Origin: Azolla caroliniana
Lineage: Eukaryota; Plantae; Polypodiophyta
Length of the DNA stretch: 64,000 nucleotides
Assembly (NCBI GenBank): GCA_043228905.1
Contig: JBHGNT010000011.1
Coordinates: 17,298,001-17,362,000, forward strand
Direction: 5' to 3'
Shown: positions 1 through 10,726 of the stretch, one piece after another
How the letters are laid out: the number at the start of each line of letters is the position of its first letter
Numbering within the stretch: position 1 is the stretch's first letter
Notes under the pieces: model-generated
What the model was told of the DNA's origin: nothing
The model's input: the letters and a program-made list of their open reading frames with translations, nothing else
The model's database searches: none
Position numbers and translations under genes: made by a program

Positions 1-2407
1 AATCAATATATTGTGTAGAGCCTTTCCCGAGCACACAATTATGCCCCTATCTAAATCCTCTAAAAATCTTCCTTGAGAAAAATCAAGCGGCTTGCCTCCA
101 GCATCAGTCACAACCCCTCCGGCTTCTTCCACTATAATCACTCCTGCAGCATGATCCCAAATCTTTTCTTTATAACCTGACCTTGCAAACTTCATGAAGA
201 TCTCTACATCACCACGTGCAATCGCACCATATTTTGCCATGCTATACACCCTTAGGGGTTGTTTTCTAGAAACAAAACAGACAAACATATGATAGAATAA
301 ACATAAGTGACAAGAAACATCAACTGCAAATCTATGAAAAAGATACCTTTGGAAAAAACACTACCATGGTTATAACTTATGACAGGTGGACCTTTTGAAT
401 GAAAAAACTATTTATGGCCACATAATAGAACAGAACAAACTTTAGTTCTGGACTTACTTTAACCCGATGCTCGATGCAAGCCCTGCAGTGATAGACTGGC
501 TCGAGTTTGCCTTTTCAACAGGTTCACAAAATGTGGCCTCACTTGGATCCTCAATCAACGAAACCGAAACACGTCTCACTAGTTTCATCATTTCAGGGTT
601 TGATACATTCCATATTAAAGGTTGCATCCACGATCCTTTTCCCCTTTGTGCCATGAACACACAACCTTTGTCCCACACATTAGCCCTAAGTGGGGCTGAC
701 AGGTTGCTAAGGAATCGATAATATTTGTGGTGATACCTGAGCCACTCTTTTCGCATAGGGAGGTTAGGGCAACCTAGAACGCCAAGGACTACTTCTCCAT
801 CTTCTATAAGAGAAAGAGCAACAGCATATTGATCACACCTAACAAACCCCAGTGTTCCATCTACAGGGTCGAGAACCCAGTATCTCCCTTTAGGTCCACC
901 AATCAATGAACCTTTGTTGATCGCCTTAAGGACATCAACTGATGCCAGAGGATGACTAGGTGGATTTAACCCTACAATAGCACATGAATTGAGGCATTCA
1001 TTAACAGTATCGACAACCCTTTGTAGCATATGGATGCCATCCATCCCTTTGAGTGCATTGCTATCTTCTTCGGCTATTAGGTTCACTTCTTCATTTTTGA
1101 AGGATGCTGAGAGAACCCAGCTTATCACTGCTTGGACTCCCCAATCTGATTCATATAACACGCATTGAATTATACATGGTATGGCCTACAGCAACTACAA
1201 TGTATATATAGATAGCATCATAATTAATCATGAAAATTTATCAAATACATATCTATAAGGTGTTGTATACATCCAATTACTTATTTAAGTACCATCATAA
1301 TGAATCATGGAAATAATCAAAGACCATAACTAATCGTCAACGGCCACCTGAAGACCTAAATACACTACATATACCTGAACTCGTTACTAATCACCAAAAG
1401 AACATGCCATAATACAACTATAAAATCATAAATAGCTACTACAATCACAAAACAGGCTGGCCCATAACTAATCATCAACGGCCTCCTGAAGACCTAAATA
1501 CACTACATATACCTGAACTCGTTACTAAACATCAAAAGAACATGCCTTAATACAACTATTAAATCATAATAGCTACTCCAATCACAAAACAGGCTAGCCC
1601 ATAGTAAATTATTACCAACATAATAGCAATATGCATAAAGACAGAACAACAATCATAGCTCTCGTGTTGTTCTAAGGATCATGATTACAAAATGCATAAT
1701 TGAAAGAAAAGGAAAAAAGGCAATAATTGTGTATCAAGATTCACAATCCAACAAACTTATAACTGCAGAAGAAACTAACCCGCTACAGTGACGAGAGACC
1801 TATCCGTTTTTGATCCTGCTTTCTCTTCTTTCCTTAGAATTCTTTCTTGAACTTGTTGAGTTAAGTAACAAGATAGCTGCACAGCTCTGACAGCCACATC
1901 AATCTCTCTGGCATATCTTCCTTGCAATGCTTCCTCAGGGAGCGTCATACCACGGTTTAAAACCTCATCTTTTCTATCCACAGAAGAAGAAGAAGAGCCA
2001 GAGACAGTTGGAATACCTAATCCTAACTCTTCATGAGTTAATTCCACATTTTTTTCTCCCTCTCCTCTTCTCCTTCTTATTTCTTCTTCTTCTTCTTCTC
2101 CCTTTCCTACTTTTTCTTCTTCCTCCTCTTCTTTGGAGGCCACATTTCTCTGCATAACCTCCATATCCATCCATTTAGAGGTACCTATGCTGGCGGAGGG
2201 CTCTGGTAATCTCACATATCTCTCGCCGATTCTTGTGTGCAGGAGAAGATACGGCTTGCTCTTGCGGCGATAGTGCTTCGTCCGGCTGGAAAGAAATACA
2301 GAATGGAATCGTAACTGTGACCTTAACCCCGACCCCAACCCCAACCCTGAATCCAAGTTAGGGTTGGGGTTAGGGTTTGGGGAGAGGCTGTGCAGTGCCA
2401 TGGCCAT
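1..2407 (-). CDS. AHL: PAP-specific 3'(2'),5'-bisphosphate nucleotidase, HAL2/AHL-like (inositol monophosphatase superfamily), with an N-terminal transit-peptide-like extension; exons 2407-1780, 1145-458, 265-<1; 3' end lies outside the window
   Basis: Motifs [11 protein letters not shown]|[41 protein letters not shown] and, in exon 3, [43 protein letters not shown] junctions keep the frame (GCG G|gttagt, cag|AT TGG; AA|gtaagt, tag|A AAA). The first ATG is at 2407 (the ORF track starts at an upstream GTG). Confidence 0.9.
1324..1603. repeat. Tandem duplication of about 138 bp in AHL intron 1
   Basis: ccataactaatc...gaagacctaaatacactacatatacctgaactcgttactaa...aaacaggct occurs twice back to back (about 1324-1461 and 1462-1603) with a few substitutions. 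Confidence 0.9.
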
Positions 2408-2605
2408 AGCCACGCAGCAACTACTTCCAGCAGCAATCTTCTTCTTCTTTATTCTATTTTTAATTATTGTTCTCTTGTTTTTACATATTTCTTTATTTTT
2501 TTGATTAATTTCCTTTTGTTCTTTCGGTTTGCTTTTCTGGCCCCCTTATTCTCTATTAATCTTTTTTTGTGTACTTACTCTCCTTTGAGATTTTTTTTGT
2601 TTGTG

Positions 2606-2625
2606 TTCTTCTTCTTCTTCTTCTT

Positions 2626-2655
<30 letters not shown>
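2606..2655. repeat. (CTT)n microsatellite upstream of AHL
   Basis: About 16 uninterrupted TTC units are directly visible. Confidence 0.95.
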
Positions 2656-2656
<1 letters not shown>

Positions 2657-4375
2657 AGCTTTGTGAGAGATGAGTCTTAAGGTGCTAGAACTACCTAATC
2701 AAATTCTCCTTTGAGAGAGCGCGCAGGACCTCTATCAAAACCATCGGACCCAATTGCCCACACAATTGCCCATTGAGTATTGCAGCATGTAACTGACACA
2801 TTCATCACCAACTAAGTGTGTTACATGTTTGGAATAGCTAGCTATAACGTCAGAGGTCCGACATATCCTTACAATAGTAACATTTACTATAGTTTCAAGT
2901 TGTTATGGGAGTAGCTAAGTTAGTCGTTATTATCGATAAGTCATTAAGTCTCATCCATTCCTTAATATACCAGTCACGTTGGTGTTACTCGCTTCTAGGA
3001 TGTTTCTGTCCACCCCATTTATGGGGTAGGCCCTTGTGGGAACCGTGTCGGATGACCATGATCCAAATGATAAAAACAAAGACGAAGAAGAATATGATAG
3101 TGATATCACTGGTTGTGGATGTCCGCAATATGTATTTATGACCATATTGGCCTCCACTACCACTAGCTTTTGCCAAAGTCGAGTCTTGTTCATTTTCATG
3201 CACATTGGACCAATTAAAATAGATGGAAGCCATATTCCTTACTATGGTTGAATGCATGTGATTTATTTCAAGATAAGTGTATATACTTTGTAGGTGACTC
3301 TATTGAGTCACAAGTGGGTATTCTAACTCAATTGCATCAATTCTGACTCGATGAGTCACAATAATCTTTAACTCAATTGAGTCACTCCTAAGTTGATTCA
3401 ACCATAGATGAATAGGTGAGTTAATTGAGTCATATTTGGGTTTATTTGAAGGCCCTTTAATGCTCCCAGATTTTGTGATAAAGAGCTCCTTGAGGGTTCT
3501 TTCCAACTAAGTGCTTCTTATACACTTATGAGGATTCCTTTACCACAAGATGTAACTATGGGAACTCAATAGTTGGCTTCAAGCACTCCTATAGTCTCTG
3601 ACAATGGTGCCAATACGGGTATGTTTTGGACTTGCCACATGGTCTTTTAGATAGTCTTCCTAACTAATCTATAACCAATATCTACTATATTGTCAATTAG
3701 ATGAGTAAAATCAGTGTGACTCAATCCAATCCTAAGCCTACTAACTAATATCGATAAACAGGCAAACAAGCTCTAAAATAAATGCTTGATCACGCACTCA
3801 AGAGGTAAAGATTTAACCCAACATGCTTAATCATTAAACTATAGATGTTTATATACTTAACACAATAGACGAGGAAGGCAAAAAAGGAAGTGATACAAAC
3901 TTTATTGAGAGACAATAGATGCTCTTCAAGAGCTACAACCATTGGCCCAAACATAACACTAAGACTTAAGATTTGGATCTCGACATGAGGTTAAGTTAAA
4001 TGAAAATTCAAACTACATCTAAGTATAAAATATTAAGTATGTTAAGAGAGGATTAAGATTAACTTAAGGTTCACGAGATATTAATAAGAAGCTTTAAATA
4101 AGTATATGAAATTCATTTATAACTTTTACAATACCCATGGACCTTTTCAAATACAGCTAAAGCCTCTTTATGATCTTGTCCTTTTCCTAATTCCTTCATA
4201 TATTTCCTTAAGAAAGATGCACCTTAGTATATTACTTGAAAACTCTACATAGAAAAAATAGGAGACATTTCATCTCATTTCTTATTGTTAGATACAAAAG
4301 CTAGTACATATGATCAAACCAATTATGTCATATATGAAACAAGTAGAACAGTACTATCAACTATCCAACATAAAA

Positions 4376-5075
4376 GGTGGTATGGCATAATTCCACCTCA
4401 AACCAATAGTTGTATCCGAAAATAAGTGAAGTTCTTGCCATCAGTTCTTAAAGGCCACTTGCCGTTGCCACAGACCATCATTTGAACCCTACACATCATC
4501 ATATTGACCACGTAGTGTGTGAACAAATAACATCCAGAATTCAATAAGCATAGTGTTGAGATGTATGTGGACATTGTTAAAATCATAATCACATCTCGCT
4601 TTCCATATTATCCAAAGAGCCAATGACGTAATATACGCCAAATGACCAGATTTTTAATTCTGAACCGTGGAATAGAAGAAGGAAACAAGGTGAGAGAAAG
4701 GTGTCCATAAGAAAAACAAAAAGCATGAGAAGCATGCATACTTTCATACCTCACAACCTCTCCATGAAGGACACCCCACAATACTGCACCCCAAGAGAAT
4801 ATTGAACGAGAGTAGTGTTGTCTCAACAATAAAAACAACTTACTCCAAAATTTCTTGATCTTGGGACATAACCAAAGCACATGCAAAATCGATTCAGTAG
4901 GTGTGCCACAATGCAATCCACAAGCATATTGTTGATGTTGTCTCAACCAATCACCAAAAGGAAGAGCATAATGAATCAACAACCAACGAAAGCAAATAAC
5001 CTTTTCCGGCAGCTGCATGCTCCACAACCATTTCCAAAATTTTGCAAGTTGTAATTCTTGCACACTATTCTCAAA
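4376..5075 (-). mobile_element. L1-type LINE remnant, ORF2 C-terminus with zf-RVT zinc-binding domain
   Basis: FWKWLWSMQLPEKVICFRWLLIH..LP...CGLHCG..TESILHVLWLCP, followed after a frameshift by IWKARC...LRWNYAIP; stop codons present. Confidence 0.75.
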
Positions 5076-5850
5076 CTAGTGCTTCATGCAGCAGGGCATT
5101 GTTGTATCAAATTGGTTAACAATGGTATCTATGATTATGTATCACAGGTTCTAGGAAAGAGACAATGTGGTGGATCTTGACAAATCTAGATAAGGGATTA
5201 TGGAAGTATGGAAGTATGAAAATAGAGTGAGAGAGACTTACATTGTAATGGAATATAAATGCAGTATCAACAACCTCTATACCCTCTTAAGTGGCGTAAA
5301 TAACTTGAGAGTGATTGACACTCAATCCTCAATTACTTCATGGTAGATCCATAGCAGTCCAAACCTTGCGATCAACATTGGGGAGCACACATCTCGTAAA
5401 TAACCTAACAAATGTCCAAGATGCAAATCGACACCTTTACCTCCCATTGCGAAGTCCATGGGCATAGCACCTTCGCTTTAATAAACATAAGTGTTAGTAT
5501 CACCTCCTTCTCATTGGTTATGTATGGCTTCACCACCCTTACCAAAATCCATTGATTTACTCACGATAACGCGTGCACATGCTACTTGAGTGGGACCGCG
5601 AGGTTCTTGGACTAGGGAGGTCACAAGGGCTGAAAGGGGTGCGAATGACAAAACCTAGACTTAGAGAAGGATCCTCAAACTCAAATGGAGGGCGATGTCA
5701 TAGACATGACAACAATTATGTCAAAATTTGAACTCTTGACCTCGTGTATTATAATCAAGTGTTATATTGTAACCAACACATCCAAGTACACAATCGTGTT
5801 ATATACATTTTCATACATTATTTCACGTTCTAGGAGTTTTTTCTAGAACT

Positions 5851-5880
5851 AGAAGGTTCTAGAGGGTTCTAGAATATTCT
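5851..5880 (+). promoter_or_regulatory. Heat-shock element array in the LTR U3 (second copy 7456-7485), upstream of TATAAATA at 5916-5923
   Basis: aGAAg gTTCt aGAGg gTTCt aGAAt aTTCt = six phased inverted nGAAn pentamers with one mismatch. Confidence 0.7.
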
Positions 5881-6704
5881 CCAAAATATTCTAATGCATG
5901 TACTTCAACTCACAATATAAATACTTGTAACCTCCTTGGTCCCTTTCAAGGGATTCAACACCAGTCATTGACACATCAATCTAGTATTCTCGTTTCGCCT
6001 CATCTTTGTCTCCTTGATCTTTATTTTTGTCTTCATGCCCTCATGTCGCTCACAACATCTAGAGTTCCTAGCCTCGTCACATCTAGCCCCAAGTTCATCC
6101 ATTGCTCGTAGCCCCATCATCTGTGCTCCGTCCTAGTTCGCGCTTGGCATGTCCATGACAGTTTGAATTCCATCCAACTGGAAGCACCACGCGTCTTCGT
6201 CGTCGCCTTTGCTTCTAGAGTTACCATCATCACCGTCCTTGCTTCCAGAGTTACTGTCATCAACATCCTTATCTTCGACATCATCATTTTCAGCACCTCT
6301 TCACCCAACCATCGTCGTCATCAACACTACTTGTCATCATTTTTAGGTATCATTTTGCATCACGGTTTTGGTGAGGACTGCTTTCGATCGCTCACCTTCC
6401 CAGTTCCGGTGGGGGTCACAACCACGCACTTTCCTGGTGGGGATCAGATCATTGCTCGCTTGCATTGCATTTTCATTATAGATAAACTCTCGCGCCATGT
6501 TCTATTTGTGAGGACCGATTTTGATTGCTCACCTTCTAGTTTTAGTGGGGGTCACAACAACTCACTTTCCTGGTGGGGATTGTGTGGGTTTCTCGCTAGC
6601 GCTACCATTTGTGTCGTGCCTTGGGTCAACCTCGACTATTTACCCTCTCATAATAGAAGAAGTCGAGTCAACCTCTTCACTTGCACACCTTCGCCCGTTG
6701 TTGT

Positions 6705-7235
6705 TCCAGTTCTCGGTGAGGGCCGCATGGTCACTCCCGTCCATTCGTGTTCAGTTCTCGGTGAGGGACACATCATGGTCACTCACATCCGTTTGTGTTT
6801 TAGTTCTCGGTGAGGGTCACATGGTCGCTCACGCCCGTTCGTGTTCCAGTTCTCGGTGAGGGTTGCATGGTCGCTCACGCCCATTTGTGTTCCAGTCTCC
6901 GTTGAGGACCGCACATGGTCGCTCGCTCCAGCTATTGTTCGTGTTCCAAATCCCGACGAGGACCGACATGGTCACTCTACCCGTTGTTCATGTTCCAATT
7001 CCCGGTGAGGACCACACATGGTCGCCCATGCTTGTTGGTGTTCGTGTTCCAACTCTCGGTGAGGACCGACATGGTCTCTCATGCCCGTTGGTGTTTGTGC
7101 TCCCTGTGAGGACCACACATTGTTGATTATGCCCATTGGTGTTGAATACCTCGTGTTGTGGAAGGGCCACACATGGTTGCTCATGTCCATTGGTGTTCGT
7201 GTTTCCAGTGAGGAGGACAACACATGGTTTCTCAC
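6705..7235 (+). repeat. Degenerate tandem array of about 11 units of 45-54 bp inside the non-autonomous LTR element
   Basis: Core (t)ctcggtgagg(a/g)cc..acatggtc recurs at about 6711, 6756, 6805, 6851, 6897, 6951, 7000, 7054, 7101, 7155 and 7204. Confidence 0.85.
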
Positions 7236-8171
7236 ACCCACCACTTCCCGTTCAGCCCTACACCATGCTTTCGAAAAGGCGGTCATAAAGGGGAGGATAA
7301 TGTCATAGACATGACAATAGTTATGTCAAGATTTGAACTCTTGACCTCGTGTATTATAGTCAAGTGTTATATTGTAACCAACACATCCAAGTACACAATC
7401 GTGTTATATACATTTTCATACATTATTTCACGTTCTAGGAGTTTTTTCTAGAACTAGAAGGTTCTAGAGGGTTCTAGAATATTCTCCAAAATATTCTAAT
7501 GCATGTACTTCAACTCACAATATAAATACTTGTAACCTCCTTGGTCCCTTTCAAGGGATTCAACACCAGTCATTGACACATCAATCTAGTATTCTCGTTT
7601 CGCCTCATCTTTTTCTCCTTGATCTTTATTTTTGTCTTCATGCCCTCATGTTGCTCACAACATCTAGAGTTCCTAGCCTCGTTACATCTAGCTCCAACTT
7701 CATCCATTGCTCGTAGCCCCATCATCTGTGCTCCATCCTAGTCCGCGCTTGGCATGTCTGTGACAGGCGAACTTGAACGAAGCTCAGAGTCGAATGAAGC
7801 CTAGACTCAAATAGAGCTTAGTGTCGAACCCCTCAAAGTTGAGGGGAGCCCAGAGTTGAAGGGAGGAGGAGTCAAAGGGTATAAATTGGTCTGAACCTTC
7901 ACCTTGGAGGTAAACCGCGATTAGTACCCGAGTTTAGAGTGGGGTAGGCAATTAACAAAATGATCAAAATATGGGGCAAACGAATAACACAATAATCACA
8001 ATATTAAGAACCGAAAACAAGATTACGACCGAAGATCCTTATTTAGGGTTATAAAACATTCAATTAATTAAGAGAAACCCTTTATATCTTAGGGCATACA
8101 ACAGTGAAGGCAAACAAATACAACGGTAGCGGTAATGGTAACCACTAATTAAGCAACAAAGAAAGAGATGG

Positions 8172-10726
8172 TGTCGTGGAGAAAACCGCCCCTAGGAGGA
8201 ATTAGGGAAATATGTGCATGAATTGGCCCTTACGTGTGGGCAAGTTATTTAATAACTTGTACATACTTAGGAGCATTTCGGTTGGTGTGAGGATACTAGG
8301 TAGTACGCATTTATTGTTTAGGAAATCGTAGTGTATCTTTGTCTGAAGTGACAAAAATAAAGAGGATGTAACCAGGTATAACGGTCTGTCCTCAGGGCCT
8401 ATAAAAGGGAGGGAAGAAGGCTAAGAGAGATATCGCGTTTTGGGCAAGGACGAGGTGTTGTCAGACTGGGAACCGAGCTCTCTCCTCCACTATCTATCGA
8501 TCATCATTCTCTGCAGGTTTCGGAGTCGGTTGCCTATACTTCGAGGAAAACTGATCGCTCCCGGCAAAGACTCCACTGCGTGTGTCCATGGGCGTGTGAT
8601 TGTTTGGGCTAGGTCTGTCGCCAACTATCCGGTTGTAATATTGCAAGCACTATAATCGTTAATGATTTTGTAATTGAATCTCCCAATTTGTCTATCTATG
8701 TTTCTAGGAGTTTCCCCCCTTTCTCGCTTGTTCAAGTCGGTATACGCATTGGTGGTGTCATTCAGCCGACAAGTGTTGTCGGTTGCAAACAGGTCTAGCA
8801 AGCCTTACGCGTGCACGCTTCTCGCTTCCTCTTGTTTCTCTTGCTCCTCAGTTCAGGGCCCCTGTGGTCCCGCCTTATTTCCCACGTGAAAGCGAAACAA
8901 CACGACATATTTGGTGAACCCAACGTGAATAAGGCGGCAAAGGAGTCGAAGATGAGGGGATCGGAACTCACTGAAGCCATGGCGGCAACAGTCGATCGAA
9001 CAATAAGTGCTCGCTAGGGCACGAGAGCCCTCGATAGGGCCGTTAAAGCAATTGTCGGCACAATAGGCCGGTTCGATGGGAAGGACACCACGAGTTATTT
9101 GGTGGCCTATCGAGCCGAAATGGTGATGAGGGACATCCCAGAGGAAAGGCGTCTAGCTGGGTTCCCTTGGGTGGCAACACTGGGCATCCACTCAGAGGTG
9201 CTTCAGGTGCAGGGTGGATGCCGGACTTGGGGAGAATTTGAAGCACGGCTCCTCGAAAGGTATGGGCTTGATGACGCACTTCGTTTATCGAAGCGGGACT
9301 TCATGGAGTGGGTGGAGACCCCCGGAAAGGGGAGGAACACATCAGCGTTCCTCCGGGAGTTTGAAGAACACTTCGCACGGCTCTCGGTGCTGGACAGAAC
9401 CATGCTAGACACAAGTTGTGTCCTATTGTTTGTCAAAGCGGTGGACGTGCGGGATCGGGATCAAGTGGGTCTCCTACTGGAGACAGATGATGGGTTGATG
9501 ACCAACTGGGCCGCGGTCAAAGGAGTCTGCAACCATTTCAACAAGCGGCGTGAGTGGGGCGATGAGGGATCGTTGGCGGCGAGACCCGTATTGGCAAGGA
9601 AGTTCGATGAACCTTCGCCGGCACGAAAAGAGGATCCCCGGGATTGGCTCGAGACGGGCTCAGTATCAACTGATGCAGTCAAGGGACCATCCGGAGGAGC
9701 GGCTCTTGAGGAGCTGACACAAATGGTGTGCGATCTGCAGATCGGGTAGGCCCGGAGAGATGGTGGAGGGCAGCCACGCGATCAGAGGCCACCAGCTGGA
9801 CAACGGTGTATGTGGTGCGACGCGGTCGGACACAGCCAACGAGACTGCATGGAGTTTGTCGAAGCCCTCAGGGGTAATGTGGTGTACCTATGGAATGGAC
9901 AGGTGCACACTGGTGATACCCGGAGAGCTGTGGAAACGAATTTCGGGCGCGGCGGAATGAAGCGGCTAATGGAAGAAGCGGAGGCGCGCCATGTAGAGGC
10001 CAGGCCGTCCATTATTCAGCATCGGCCAGAATCCGGGTGGGAGATAACCAAGCCTGGAAAGTGAAAGACTCGAGCTTCTAGCCCTTGGTGCTAGAAGGCC
10101 TCTCCAGCGCACGACTGAAGAAGGAAGAAGTGAACCACGCGAAGCAGCGGGTCCGAGAGGTCACTGGATGGGATGATCCGGTTGAGGAGAAGACCGGTTT
10201 CGTGGAAGCCGCGTGCCAGAAATACGAGGTTCTGATAGAAGACAAGCGCACGGGAAAGGCCGAAGGTGTCGGTCCCTCATAACGGTACGAGACCCGGTTC
10301 GGGCAGAAGCAAAACGATGCCGGTAACCCCAACGCACCAGACAAAGTGAAGCGAGCCTGTTACCGGCTGAACATGGAGATTGAGAGGTCAATGGACCTGC
10401 GAAAGGTCCTCGAAGAGCGGATCCTCGATAGCAAGGTGGAGCTGTCACTAAGGGAGGTGCTCGGAATTGCCAAGAAAGAGTTCCACGATTCCATCGTGGA
10501 CTTGGTGAAGCGTAAACGGCTCTCGACGGAGAAGCCGGTGGAGGTGTGAAGACATGGCCCTAGAATACGAGTTGGCGGAGAGCCTCTATTCGAGGTCGCA
10601 CTGGGCCAGAGCCACTACGGAGACCCCTGTTCGGATCGAGGACGTCCAGGAGCCAGTGGTGGCATTGATAGACCACGGCTCGGAGATCAACCTAATGTCC
10701 ATGGACTTCTATAAGAAGGGGAAGTG
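8172..10726 (+). mobile_element. 5' part of a decayed Ty3/Gypsy element: LTR 8172-8907, tRNA-Trp PBS 8912-8930, gag (from ATG about 8979) and aspartic protease, truncated by the copia at 10727
   Basis: LTR ends TGTCGTG...CACGACA. PBS TGGTGAACCCAACGTGAAT. Gag-like RFDGKDTTSYL..Y, CCHC knuckle CMWCDAVGHSQRDC, protease VVALIDHGSEINLMS. In-frame TAG stops and frameshifts are present. Confidence 0.8.

Larger units (their letters stand above)
5696..7765 (+). mobile_element. Non-autonomous LTR retrotransposon (TRIM/LARD-like): LTRs 5696-6160 and 7301-7765 (465 bp each), TSD GGCGA, PPT 7288-7300, non-coding interior
   Basis: Two 465-bp direct repeats with TGTCA...TGACA ends and about 13 differences counted by eye. 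GGCGA at 5691-5695 and 7766-7770. AAAGGGGAGGATAA before the 3' LTR. No gag/pol motifs inside. Confidence 0.92.

Noticed and set aside
6163-6813. 216-aa ORF as a gag or cargo gene
   Set aside because: TTG start, no recognisable domain, and it runs into the tandem array.
6705-7235. CRISPR-like repeat-spacer array
   Set aside because: Eukaryotic context and no cas genes. The linkers are homologous to each other rather than unique spacers, and the array lies inside an LTR element.
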